DNA of 64,000 nt from an uncultured virus (IMG/VR IMGVR_UViG_3300011242_000004) (taxonomy: Duplodnaviria > Heunggongvirae > Uroviricota > Caudoviricetes), in the IMG/VR virus record IMGVR_UViG_3300011242_000004. One strand, given 5' to 3'. The first letter of the stretch is position 1. The number at the start of each line of letters is the position of its first letter. A program made the translations under genes and the position numbers. The notes beneath the pieces are model-generated. The model saw only the letters and a program-made list of their open reading frames with translations. It was not told where the DNA came from and ran no database searches. Positions 38,824 to 49,247 of the stretch are shown here, one piece after another.

Positions 38824-40830
38824 TTACTTCTCTTCGACTTCAACGTAAATATTTCCTCGTACGTCAACGTCTGTCGCCGCCACTTGAATTGAACGACCAT
38901 ACTTGAATCCACTTGTCCCAAATGTCATATTTTGCTGATTGCTTGCATTGTACAGTGACCATTTGTACGTATAGAGTGTTTCATCGGTGTCATTGATTGG
39001 GACACCGTTCTTGCTGACAACCGCATCCAACTGAACCGTTCCTTGACCATTTTTAAACACTGTCACACCAAAGATTTGCACTTGAACCGGGTCAGAGTAA
39101 TCTGTGATGGTAACGACGTCAGAGTATGTGTTTCCATCGTACGTGACAATACATTTAAATGTCTCAAGACCAAGAACCGCTGAACCCGGTACCGTCAACA
39201 CCTTATCATTAATCGTTGAAGCCCCTGTGACCCCTGTATACGCTGTTGGAGGAGTCACTGTGTTTTCAAAGATAGGCTTTGTAATCGTCAAGTTTCCACC
39301 AGACGTACTTACCTTGCCTTGTAATTTGTTCGCTCCTGCTGTTTTACCAACATAAATATTTGCACCGTAGACTCCGGTAGGGAACGCTGGAGGTGTAATA
39401 ATCAATGTTTGACCTGCTGTGACTGCCTGTGTTTTCTCTGGTCCAGTTACCGTCTCACCTGTTGCTGTCAACCATGTGTATTTGATGTAGTATGTACCAG
39501 CCGCAACTGTACCACCAGAAGCTCCGACTGAAGAACCAGATGCCGCTGTTGGTGCTGTACCGTTATTGTTCAGGATACGCCAGCCAACGCCCGCTCCTTG
39601 GTCTGTCGTTTGTAATGGTTCTTGGACGTACCAGACATATGTACCAGTGACGATGTTAATCCCTTTATACAAATCACATTGAATCGTCGTCGACTTCGTA
39701 TCACTGACCGTGTTTCCACCCGGTGCTGAAACGAATGTGAAGATTGGGTCGTTCCCGTCATCGACAACCGGAATCGATTGTTCATCAAGAACCGTCGTTG
39801 TTCCACCTGCCGCATACAAAGTAACCTTAATCGCTTTGATAGTAGCTGTTGAAGGTGTGTACGCTTTTGTCGCTTCATTCGCACTCGATGTGTATTTGTT
39901 TGACCAGTTACCTGCCGCATCTTGTTCCGCAATGATGAAACGACCAGCATAATCAGCAGGAGCATTTTGTCCTACTTGCTGGCGAGCTTTCACTGTGACT
40001 GCCGTCGGGTTATAAACACCGGTCGTACTTCGTTTAATAACGCCTTCAGCGAAGATGTCATACGTTGTTGCATCAGCCCCACCCTTGGTTTTACTAATAC
40101 CAAACGTTTTTGTGACCGTGGAATATCCTGAGCGAGTGGCTGTGAATAAGACCGAACCGGTATCTGCTGTCATTGCTGTGATAGTTGCTGTCGCTGATGT
40201 CGTTGCTTCTGTAACCGTTACGTTCGTTCGTGTTTGAGCAATCGTCCATGAAGCGGTCACATCCGTTGAGCCTTCAAAGATTTTAAGTGTTGTCGTTGCC
40301 CCAGAAAACGAAAGTACTGTCCCTGAAGCATTAGCTGGAACCGCTTGCGTTTCATTGCTAAGGTAAGCAGTGATGGCGTTTGCCCCTTTAGCTCCACCTG
40401 TAATCTTAAAGAGTTCAATGTCTGCTTTCATCGTTGAATCCAGTGTCGTATCTGGGTCTGTGTATGTTACCTGTACTTCAAATCGTTTTGAGTTCACAGA
40501 CGCTAATACGTTCGTATTGATTGTCAGTGTTTTAACGCCCGATGCCGCCATCGTATAATCAGCGGTGTTTGCTGTCAATTCTGTTCCATCCACAAACCAT
40601 TTAATACTTTTAACGTCCCCTGTGCCAATGACGTTTGTACTTGTACCCGCTACATATAATTCTGGTGAGAGAACCGGTTTTGTTGTCGGATAATGTGGAT
40701 TATAAACCCCAGTGTTCGGGTCGTACGTTTGTTGACGACCCGGCACTCCTGATAATGTGATGTACAACTGCATTTGTTTGGAATCATTTAAATCCGTTAA
40801 GGTAATCATTCCGGTTGCTACTACTGCCAT
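38824..40830 (-). CDS. Tail-fibre protein of tandem Ig-like domains (668 aa)
   Basis: T/G/A-rich beta sequence with repeated KW/TW and F-strand motifs; FN3-like insertion (GTYYIKYTW...ANIYVG). Confidence 0.75.
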   Translation of the reverse strand: MAVVATGMITLTDLNDSKQMQLYITLSGVPGRQQTYDPNTGVYNPHYPTTKPVLSPELYVAGTSTNVIGTGDVKSIKWFVDGTELTANTADYTMAASGVKTLTINTNVLASVNSKRFEVQVTYTDPDTTLDSTMKADIELFKITGGAKGANAITAYLSNETQAVPANASGTVLSFSGATTTLKIFEGSTDVTASWTIAQTRTNVTVTEATTSATATITAMTADTGSVLFTATRSGYSTVTKTFGISKTKGGADATTYDIFAEGVIKRSTTGVYNPTAVTVKARQQVGQNAPADYAGRFIIAEQDAAGNWSNKYTSSANEATKAYTPSTATIKAIKVTLYAAGGTTTVLDEQSIPVVDDGNDPIFTFVSAPGGNTVSDTKSTTIQCDLYKGINIVTGTYVWYVQEPLQTTDQGAGVGWRILNNNGTAPTAASGSSVGASGGTVAAGTYYIKYTWLTATGETVTGPEKTQAVTAGQTLIITPPAFPTGVYGANIYVGKTAGANKLQGKVSTSGGNLTITKPIFENTVTPPTAYTGVTGASTINDKVLTVPGSAVLGLETFKCIVTYDGNTYSDVVTITDYSDPVQVQIFGVTVFKNGQGTVQLDAVVSKNGVPINDTDETLYTYKWSLYNASNQQNMTFGTSGFKYGRSIQVAATDVDVRGNIYVEVEEK

Positions 40831-40844
40831 GATGCTATCCCCTT

Positions 40845-43800
40845 TTATAATGTTTGGTTGTCTGGGATATCTAAATCACAAGTGAACTGGGCTTTCTGAT
40901 AAACATCAACGTGTGTGATGTTTATTGATTTGACACCAATACCGTGACTTTGGTTCCAGACGGTATCTCCGGCGGCATCATCCGATATCCGTTTCCATGT
41001 AAAGTACGAGGCATCTAATTCATCGGTAATGTTGATACTTCCTCGATAGACAATGGCACGCAACACCGTTTGTATGTTTCCGTTCTTAAAAAGTATGCCT
41101 TTTGAACTAGCAATGTCAACCCTGTAAGTGGGACTTATGTCTAAATCTTCCAAGTCTTTTTTCGTTTCATCGATTTCACTTTTCACGGCACGGGCAATGC
41201 GGTCTTGTGCATTCACACTTGCATCGTATACTCGTTTAGCGATGATGGCATAATCCGCCCCATTGATTTCAGAATTGGTCGTTTTGTTATCACTTGCAAG
41301 GATGGCTTTGTCATTATTCAAATCTTTTGTCACGTAGATGTAAAGACGGAATTGTTCGACGGCGTCACTATATTCTGTGATATCCAAATCACCTGTCAGA
41401 TTATAAGTTAACGCTTGCGAGAATATATTATCGTACGTCGATTTAATCCGTTCCCATTCTTTTTCTAGTCCAAATTTCTCATATGGCGTGATGACATTGT
41501 TGTCAATCAAATCGGCAATCGATTCTGAAGCACTGTCCCATCGAGACGTTAGCGCCGGATTCAAGTCATCAGCACTTAATCCACCTTCAATGGTAATGGC
41601 GCCTCCTTTGATGACGAGTCCATCATCACTGAGGGTAACGCTTCCGCCTCCTAGTTTTTGAAGGTGAATCCCATCTGCATCAATGGTGACCGCACCTGCC
41701 GCAAAGGTAATCCCTTTAGAGGCATTAATCGTACCCGTTGAAATCATATCTCCGGTAATCGTTGTAATGCTTGCCGATTGCCACATACTTGGTTCCGTGA
41801 CGCCTTCTTTCTTTTCTTCAAGCATGACACAATCAAAGTACACAAGACTGTTTGCTTTCTTTGTATAGAGGGCAACGGTCCCACTGATGGTTCCAGCTGG
41901 AATCGTAATCTCTGCTACAATGCGTTTGAATCCATCCATTTGCGTAATCGTCGTCGAAGCACCCCAGAGTGTTCCATTCGCATGCGTTAATCCTAGTTTG
42001 ACTTCCACACCCGTTGTGTCCGTCGTATACGCATACGCTGTCACAAAGTAGGTGTACCCATCAATCAATCCGTTCATGAAGTTGCCGTCACGTTGTTGTA
42101 AATACACAATGTGTTCTTGGTTATTCCCGGTGACTTTTAAAGACTTATCCCCCACCCGTCGAATATCTTTACTGACAATAGCGGTCGTTTGTGGGGTGAA
42201 GACATCGACTGGCGATTCCCCGGTTTCAAAGATTTCAAAATTATCGTATCCATATTTGACTTGGTTGGCTTCAAAACCAATTGCTAAGTTATTCGCTGTA
42301 ATACTATTCGCTTTGATTTGTTCACCGGTAATTGTCCCGGCAACAATTTTTGCTCCATGCAGTTCTGAAATCATGGCGTTACCGATAGCGGCTTCGGCGA
42401 TAATCGCACTTCCTGCTGTAATCGTCCCTGCTTGAATATGTATTGCATTGATTTCATGCGCTTTGATTTTATCTGCCGTAATCGCTTCAGCGGTAATATG
42501 TTCCGCAATAATACTGTTTGCAATGATGACACGACCATCAACGGAATCATCTTGAAGCTTCGTATTGCTGATGGCATTGTTATGGATACCGGCATTGTAA
42601 ACACCGGTGTTGTCATAGAGACGTGTCGTCCCATCTGCTCCTAACACCACAAGCCCGTACGTACCGGGTACGATTTCACTCGTATTTCCTAAGATGACTC
42701 GTAGACGACGGTCGCCGTTTCCATCGACAGCATCATAAATCTTGATGTTTTCATCCTTGATTTTAAGATGACCATCTGGTGAGTCGATGGTAACTTTACC
42801 AGTACTGATACTACCGGCATTAATCTTGACTGCATCCAAGCTGATGATTTGAGCACTAGTGATACTGGCTTCCTTAATCATCGCTCCTGTAATCGTCGCA
42901 TTCATCGTCACGGAGTTCATTGCAGTGATAAGTCCTGCTTTAACGACTTCAGCGGTGATGCTTCCCGCAATCAAGTTGTCGATTTCAGCGGTTCCAATAT
43001 GCGCTAAGACGGCATCGAGCGTCTGGGCTTTAATCTTATTCGAGATTAAATCGTCAACGAGTAAGTCATTGACTTTTAAGATATCAGCATCCAGTTGAAT
43101 CGTCTTGATATACTGAGCATGAATATCCTTCGCATTGATTCTATCCGTGGAGGTAATCCGTTCCGTTCCTAAGTCAACGATATTACCCTCTGTGATGATA
43201 GCACTTTGAGCATTAATCGTAGACGTTGTAATATCAAAACTACCTAGCGTATCAATCTGAGCATTAGCGACATCAATCGTATCCGTTGCTTGGTTAATCG
43301 CTTTGATGACATTTTTCACCATTGGATTGATGTTAATATCTCCAGTAATTTTAGCTCCGCTAATACTTTCAATTGCTCCATCGACAATGAACACAGAATT
43401 TGTTGAATCGTGTTTTTCATTGATGGCAAGGACAACATTCTGACGCATGTTCGCTGACGGAATATTCCCCGGCAACATGTTTCCGTCCATGTCTTCAATT
43501 GAAGACCATTTGATTTTCTTTGCCGTTTGACCATTGATGGCATCAATGACTTTTCCACCATCATAGTCTTTAATCTTTTCTTTGCCGATGCTGTTATCCT
43601 TTAAGATGTTGGCATCAAGAGAATTGGTCACGAACGTAATCATGTCCGAAGTGATTCCAATTCCGATGATATGAGAAGTCAGCTGAACTCCGTCGGCGAT
43701 GACGGCCCCACCTTTGACACTTCGCTTCAGTCCTCCGTCAATGAATTCAATGACCGGGTCATTCGTCTTCCATGCCGAATAGTACGGGACCCAACCATAG

Positions 43801-44663
43801 GCTGGTAAGAAGTTCGTATGTCCTATCCGTGTTCCAAAGGAAATCCCATCTAAGGCAAAGATAAGACCTAATGCTTGAGCATAGCTGTATTCTCGTTCTG
43901 CTGTTCCTTCATAGGAGCCAATCAGTTGCACACCCATCGTCCGCCGTAAGCTCAAGTATTGTTGCATCTCCACTAGGACTTGGCTAGGAATGACGCCGAC
44001 CCCTTCACTTTTTCCGAATCCTTCTTTCCATACTTTCACTCGATTGTCGAGTTCGAGGGCTTTAGCGACCGGGTTGCGTGTTGCGTCATATGCATTATCC
44101 AAGATTTCAATAGGAGTTAATGTGATGATGACATCCAGATTATTCTCTAACGCGGAATCAATGATTTGTTGTTGTCGGTCACGTGGCACTTGCGTGTAGC
44201 TGAAGTCTTCAAGGAAGACCCCTTTGCTTTTATTCAATTGAATATTTCCGATTTCAATCTGGACTTGGGCAAGCGTCTTCGTTCCGACGCTAATCCGTTC
44301 ATATAGATTCGTCTGGTTCCCTTTGAGTCGAAGGGCTAGCACATCGTTCTCGTTGTCTTGCGGAGCAATGATATTGCCATACATACTCAGGTTTCCAATG
44401 GCGCTATCCATTCCATCAATGCTTGCTGGAGGAATACTAAACTTCATGTAGTCATCCACACGAAGAGGAGAGAGGTTGTCGATGACACGAATCCGTTCTT
44501 CTAAGCTTTGGTCACTTTGTGATAATCCTAGATGCCGTTCAATCGTCTCAATCGCTTCTTGTAATTCATTGACGTCTTCTGCCATGACGTAATCGCCAGC
44601 AGGGTCGCCTTCGTAGGTCGCATTCCGTTTACGTAGGAATACGGAATAATCTTCCGGGTACAT
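40845..44663 (-). CDS. Tail-fibre protein (1272 aa): N-terminal anchor, beta-helix-like repeats, CBM-like domain, C-terminal Ig-like domain
   Basis: DYVMAEDVNELQEAI anchor; ITADKI-type repeats; LFKNG...FTWKR...FTCDL terminus. Confidence 0.75.
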   Translation of the reverse strand: MYPEDYSVFLRKRNATYEGDPAGDYVMAEDVNELQEAIETIERHLGLSQSDQSLEERIRVIDNLSPLRVDDYMKFSIPPASIDGMDSAIGNLSMYGNIIAPQDNENDVLALRLKGNQTNLYERISVGTKTLAQVQIEIGNIQLNKSKGVFLEDFSYTQVPRDRQQQIIDSALENNLDVIITLTPIEILDNAYDATRNPVAKALELDNRVKVWKEGFGKSEGVGVIPSQVLVEMQQYLSLRRTMGVQLIGSYEGTAEREYSYAQALGLIFALDGISFGTRIGHTNFLPAYGWVPYYSAWKTNDPVIEFIDGGLKRSVKGGAVIADGVQLTSHIIGIGITSDMITFVTNSLDANILKDNSIGKEKIKDYDGGKVIDAINGQTAKKIKWSSIEDMDGNMLPGNIPSANMRQNVVLAINEKHDSTNSVFIVDGAIESISGAKITGDININPMVKNVIKAINQATDTIDVANAQIDTLGSFDITTSTINAQSAIITEGNIVDLGTERITSTDRINAKDIHAQYIKTIQLDADILKVNDLLVDDLISNKIKAQTLDAVLAHIGTAEIDNLIAGSITAEVVKAGLITAMNSVTMNATITGAMIKEASITSAQIISLDAVKINAGSISTGKVTIDSPDGHLKIKDENIKIYDAVDGNGDRRLRVILGNTSEIVPGTYGLVVLGADGTTRLYDNTGVYNAGIHNNAISNTKLQDDSVDGRVIIANSIIAEHITAEAITADKIKAHEINAIHIQAGTITAGSAIIAEAAIGNAMISELHGAKIVAGTITGEQIKANSITANNLAIGFEANQVKYGYDNFEIFETGESPVDVFTPQTTAIVSKDIRRVGDKSLKVTGNNQEHIVYLQQRDGNFMNGLIDGYTYFVTAYAYTTDTTGVEVKLGLTHANGTLWGASTTITQMDGFKRIVAEITIPAGTISGTVALYTKKANSLVYFDCVMLEEKKEGVTEPSMWQSASITTITGDMISTGTINASKGITFAAGAVTIDADGIHLQKLGGGSVTLSDDGLVIKGGAITIEGGLSADDLNPALTSRWDSASESIADLIDNNVITPYEKFGLEKEWERIKSTYDNIFSQALTYNLTGDLDITEYSDAVEQFRLYIYVTKDLNNDKAILASDNKTTNSEINGADYAIIAKRVYDASVNAQDRIARAVKSEIDETKKDLEDLDISPTYRVDIASSKGILFKNGNIQTVLRAIVYRGSINITDELDASYFTWKRISDDAAGDTVWNQSHGIGVKSINITHVDVYQKAQFTCDLDIPDNQTL

Positions 44664-44678
44664 AATCTCTCTCCTTCC

Positions 44679-44864
44679 TTATGGTTTTTTAATGAGTCCG
44701 TTTCGTCCATCAAACGCTACCCATTCTCGTTTGTTTTCATCAAAATAATTTAATTCAAAATACTCGATATCGGCTGATGCCAAGTACGACCAAGAGACGG
44801 TGGTTGTATCCGTCTCCTTGTCATACACTTGCACTAAGCCTAAAGGAATGTTTGTGGGAAGCAT
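44679..44864 (-). CDS. Small FN3-like structural protein
   Basis: PLGLVQ...VSWS...IEYFELNY; AAGGAGG RBS. Confidence 0.55.
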   Translation of the reverse strand: MLPTNIPLGLVQVYDKETDTTTVSWSYLASADIEYFELNYFDENKREWVAFDGRNGLIKKP

Positions 44865-44875
44865 GTTCTTCCTCC

Positions 44876-47800
44876 TTATACGTATTCAATGATAGGGTAA
44901 ATCCCTAACGCTAAATACTTTTTAATGCGTGCTTGGATGTCTTCTTCTTCAAATTGTCCACCTTCACTTCGAAGGATTTCTTTTGGCAATCGAATGACGA
45001 CGACCCCTTTTTCATAATACGCTTTCCCATCGAACGTTCCGATGTCCCAGAAGCTTTCAACGGCCCCTGCTCGTTGTTCGATTTCTTTTCTCGTGAAGCT
45101 TTCTTTAAGTCCGCCCCCTCGTTTACGCGCATCCATGACAATCGTATTATCAATCAACGTATGTTCCCGTACTTGGATACGTGCTAACAACATCGCTTCA
45201 GGACGGGCTTGTTTAATCCGTTTCCATTCTTCTTCAGAAAGCACATGACGAAGTGGATTCGCTTCCGTTCGTACAATCGGTCCTAAGACTGTTCGTTTAG
45301 GAAGCAAGTACAAGAAGACTTCTTTGTTCAACAATTTTTCTGTTGGTGCTTCTTCGTAGACGACTTCTCCTTCTTCTGCTTTTCGAAGGGTGAACGTATG
45401 CCCGACCGCTGGATTCAAATCCAGATGCATGAATCGTTTCAGTTCTTCATCCCAATACCCTTTGTAGTTGTAGTATTGTTCTTCGTGCATATACGTCACA
45501 TAGATTTCATCTTTGAATGTGATTTCCTTTTTCAAACGAATCAAACCGCTTAAGACATCGACGTCTTCGACTTCCAGTTCTTCTTCAATGAAGTAATTGT
45601 AGTCGGCATAAATCCGTTCTTTCTGAGTCGTTGTAAAGATGATATCCCCGCTTGCATAATCAATCTTATATTGGTCGTTTGGAATTACAACGCCATTGCG
45701 GTAGATGATAGGTGTTGGTGACGTCAACCAGTTCTCTTGGCTACTGACCCAACGTTTCCGGTCGGTCGTTTTCAAGAGTTCATTGTTGATGCGTTCGTTC
45801 AAGTATTTCCGTTTGACGACTTTGAAATTGTCTTGCGTATAACTTGCCCGCACCGTCCCTGCTTTTGCTGTCGTGAACGTAACTGTCCCTGCCTCATAAT
45901 CAATCGTAAATCCACTGTTTAAGATGATGTCAGTCCCACTATTCGTTTCATCCCAGTAGATAATCGGAATCACTTTTCGGTTCCATTTTCCTAAACTAGC
46001 TTGGAACTTCTTCCGGTCACTAGAAATCGCTTCAAGTTCTTCTTTGACGACTTTTTGTTCGCGTACGACCATCGGACGACGGTCCACTCGTACCGTCTTC
46101 GTATCCATGTATTCTGCAATCTCTTCTCTGTCATTCATCCCGTAGGTCGGATAAAAGACTTGATTGCCATACTCGATGATTTCGTATTCTTGTTTCCCTG
46201 TCATCCGTTCTTCGTAGGTGCTTAAGCGTCCTGCTTCTTGAATCGCTTCCCAGTCTTCCCCGTTCCATCCAGTCTTCACAAAGTCGCCTTTATGGACACG
46301 GAGATACCAGCGTTCCCGGCTATCATCGGTGCCCGGGTATTCGACTTTGATTTGTCCTGCATCCATTAACTGCAAGGCAAATTGTTTCTTTGTCGCTTGA
46401 ACCGTGTAGTAGTTCGTCCATGCTTGCAAAATGACTTCTGGTTTTAAGACTTTTCCATAGATGTCATAGTGACTGATGACGGTCTGTCCTTTTTTGAGGA
46501 AGAAACTTTTTCCCGTTTGTGGGTTGTAGATGTTCAAGTTAACGTAGTTTGTTCCCAATGTTTCTTCATAGACATCTCCGACTTCGAATTCATAATAGAC
46601 CCGTGTGGCATCCGCCCACATTGCTCCTGCTTTTAATGGAGGCAAGTATTGCGTGATGTTCCCTAAGCTAATCAGTCCGTCATCTTTCTTAATCTGGAAA
46701 CGATGGACGGTGCTGTCGCCATATACTTTCTGATACATCGACACAGTCGGGTTCCAGCTATAGACATAAGCTTTTGTCGTGAAGGAAGCTTCGAGCACAG
46801 GATGATGAATGACCACATCACTCGTATCAAATCCTGCATTTTGGAAATCAATCCCTTGCCCTTTTGTTGCCGTCGCATACGCAATCAAACGTTCATTTCC
46901 TAGGTTCGGACGGTTCATCCGCACGACACCAATCGATTCCATTTGAATCCCATCGAGTAAACTTGTTCCGCTTCCATTTCCATCAACGTGTCCAACTCGA
47001 AGTCGAAGGTCTTTTGCTTCCGCTAACGTAAAGCTTAAGCTAATCTTTTTCCATGTCGAAGTCCCAGAGATAGCAGATGATTTTACGACTTCTTGTCCTG
47101 ACGGCAAGTAGATACCAATCTTCGTGCCCACTCCTGTGACGTTCGTCGTGTTGACCCATCCTTCAACGATATAGCTCCCAGCAGGAACGACTCCTAAACT
47201 ATTCTCGACAAAGGCTTGTCCATTGGTCGCAACAATTTTCATCCCATAGACGTTATTGCGTGCCGCATCTTTTGTTTGTGAGAACGTAGCACTTCCACTG
47301 AATAGAATCGTGTTCCAGTTTGGAATCGCATTCAATGTCGTTGTTGTCCATGATGTCGTCCCACTTCCATTGACCAGCTCAAACTCTTGGTTCAAGACAG
47401 GGTAACTTGTATTCGTATTAACGACTACTTGATATGTACCCGTCGCATCTTGGAATCCTTTTGGCAAATGTGGGCGAAGTGCTTCCGCTACCGATGGCGC
47501 CAATAGCTTTTTAGCTACGATTTGTGTTTCATCTTCAATCGCCCGGTCATCAATATAAACAAGATTTCCTTTTGCATCTTTATACTCTTGGTCAAATAGA
47601 TTATTGCGGTGGTAGACGAACTCTTTCACGACAGGTCCAGCGACAAACCGTTCTTCTCCTGCCCATAGCATGAGGTTTGCAAACAACCGATTGCTTTCTT
47701 CTTTTGAAAGCAGTAAGTCGGTTAATAGTCCCATGTTCGAGACAATCAAATACCCATTGCCATGTTTACGATACATCATCGCATTGTTCTGGTCTGTGTG

Positions 47801-49246
47801 TTTGACGATAGCTTTCCAGTCGTTTGCTCCTTCTCCGCTCCCGAATTCAATGCTAGGAGAAACACTTCCTAGAGCCACTGCATTCTTTAATGGGAAGTAT
47901 CGTTCAATGACTTTCTTTTCACTGTCCGCATATGCTCGTGGAGCAGATACGGTCGCTGAACTTGAGAAGCCTACGTTACGGATGAACGTCTGTTGTCCAT
48001 TTACTTTAAAATTCAAGACACTGGCGCCGGTTCCGTTGTTATCAACGAGTAATTTCCCACCGTTCTCAAGGAACGCTTGTAAGCCTAGTTGGAAACGACT
48101 TAAGTTTTTTGTTCCGTATCCACCAATAATAAGAATGTCATAATCCAAGTAATGGTCCTCTGGCATGTCTAAATTTACTAACCAATAATCAATTGATTCT
48201 TTTCCGGCGTTCTCGTTTCCAGTATGTGGGTTTTCGAATGTTAAATAACTTGGTAGGTAATTATTAGAGCCAGCGAACATCTTTTTACCGACAGATGTTA
48301 GATTTCGAATCGACACTCCAAACTCTGTATCATTGATGTAAGCATATCCTACATTCAGAGTGGCTTTACGTTGTTCACTGAGTCGAGCATTTAAGTTTGC
48401 TTTCACTTGATATGTAAAACGATGACTAGGACGACTGACTTCGTCCGCAATCAATTGAGGCGCTTTGGCATACACCTTGTATTGATTCTCTCCCTCAGAA
48501 ACAAGCGCAAATTTCTTTTGCATCTTATCGGCTTCGGATGTCAATGCATCTACTTCTTCTTTACTGACTTGTTCAAAGAAGGGTTCGACGTTCAAGGATT
48601 CGAGGACTTCCCGGCTTTTACCGTTTTCCCATTTCTTATATTTCAATTGATACGAGACTTCATCATTCGAATAAAAATTCGTATAGACTTCGATACTGTA
48701 CACGAACCCTTCGGTTCCGTTCTTCACCAATTTGATTTTATAGGCTTCGTTTTCTAAACTTTTCCCATCACGGGTCACGACTTCAATTTGAGTACCTAAG
48801 TAAATCAAATCATCTCGTTCTTCGAGTGTTAATTCTTCAAAACGAATCGTATCCGCATGCGGGTCAAATCCTTTTTTGTAGATACTCACGAGACTATTGC
48901 GCGCATCAAACCGTCCTTGTGACCGATACTTCCAGTAAAGTGCTTTTGGATTTGTTCCTGTCGAGTATTCATCGGTAATCAAAATGTCTTTACTAGGAAA
49001 CTCTGAAACACCTTCCAATGAATGAAGCATTGATTCTTCATTGGGATACACAAGAAACTCTTCTTTGTATTCTCGCATTAACCGATTCTCTGGAATCGAT
49101 GTACTTAAATCTTCAATGGATAAATTGCGTTGTGGGGTACTTGCTTCATTATAGACATAAGCAAGATTCGCGGCCCCGTTTGGGACGTTCTTACTCACAC
49201 GAAGTGAATACCCGTCCCGTCCATTTCCATGAGGGCGTGTTGGCAT
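44876..49246 (-). CDS. Large baseplate-associated structural protein (1456 aa)
   Basis: Repeated YxIDY..G.I.F units, CBM-like insert, YDILII...FLENGGKLLVD alpha/beta domain. Confidence 0.7.
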   Translation of the reverse strand: MPTRPHGNGRDGYSLRVSKNVPNGAANLAYVYNEASTPQRNLSIEDLSTSIPENRLMREYKEEFLVYPNEESMLHSLEGVSEFPSKDILITDEYSTGTNPKALYWKYRSQGRFDARNSLVSIYKKGFDPHADTIRFEELTLEERDDLIYLGTQIEVVTRDGKSLENEAYKIKLVKNGTEGFVYSIEVYTNFYSNDEVSYQLKYKKWENGKSREVLESLNVEPFFEQVSKEEVDALTSEADKMQKKFALVSEGENQYKVYAKAPQLIADEVSRPSHRFTYQVKANLNARLSEQRKATLNVGYAYINDTEFGVSIRNLTSVGKKMFAGSNNYLPSYLTFENPHTGNENAGKESIDYWLVNLDMPEDHYLDYDILIIGGYGTKNLSRFQLGLQAFLENGGKLLVDNNGTGASVLNFKVNGQQTFIRNVGFSSSATVSAPRAYADSEKKVIERYFPLKNAVALGSVSPSIEFGSGEGANDWKAIVKHTDQNNAMMYRKHGNGYLIVSNMGLLTDLLLSKEESNRLFANLMLWAGEERFVAGPVVKEFVYHRNNLFDQEYKDAKGNLVYIDDRAIEDETQIVAKKLLAPSVAEALRPHLPKGFQDATGTYQVVVNTNTSYPVLNQEFELVNGSGTTSWTTTTLNAIPNWNTILFSGSATFSQTKDAARNNVYGMKIVATNGQAFVENSLGVVPAGSYIVEGWVNTTNVTGVGTKIGIYLPSGQEVVKSSAISGTSTWKKISLSFTLAEAKDLRLRVGHVDGNGSGTSLLDGIQMESIGVVRMNRPNLGNERLIAYATATKGQGIDFQNAGFDTSDVVIHHPVLEASFTTKAYVYSWNPTVSMYQKVYGDSTVHRFQIKKDDGLISLGNITQYLPPLKAGAMWADATRVYYEFEVGDVYEETLGTNYVNLNIYNPQTGKSFFLKKGQTVISHYDIYGKVLKPEVILQAWTNYYTVQATKKQFALQLMDAGQIKVEYPGTDDSRERWYLRVHKGDFVKTGWNGEDWEAIQEAGRLSTYEERMTGKQEYEIIEYGNQVFYPTYGMNDREEIAEYMDTKTVRVDRRPMVVREQKVVKEELEAISSDRKKFQASLGKWNRKVIPIIYWDETNSGTDIILNSGFTIDYEAGTVTFTTAKAGTVRASYTQDNFKVVKRKYLNERINNELLKTTDRKRWVSSQENWLTSPTPIIYRNGVVIPNDQYKIDYASGDIIFTTTQKERIYADYNYFIEEELEVEDVDVLSGLIRLKKEITFKDEIYVTYMHEEQYYNYKGYWDEELKRFMHLDLNPAVGHTFTLRKAEEGEVVYEEAPTEKLLNKEVFLYLLPKRTVLGPIVRTEANPLRHVLSEEEWKRIKQARPEAMLLARIQVREHTLIDNTIVMDARKRGGGLKESFTRKEIEQRAGAVESFWDIGTFDGKAYYEKGVVVIRLPKEILRSEGGQFEEEDIQARIKKYLALGIYPIIEYV

Positions 49247-49247
49247 A

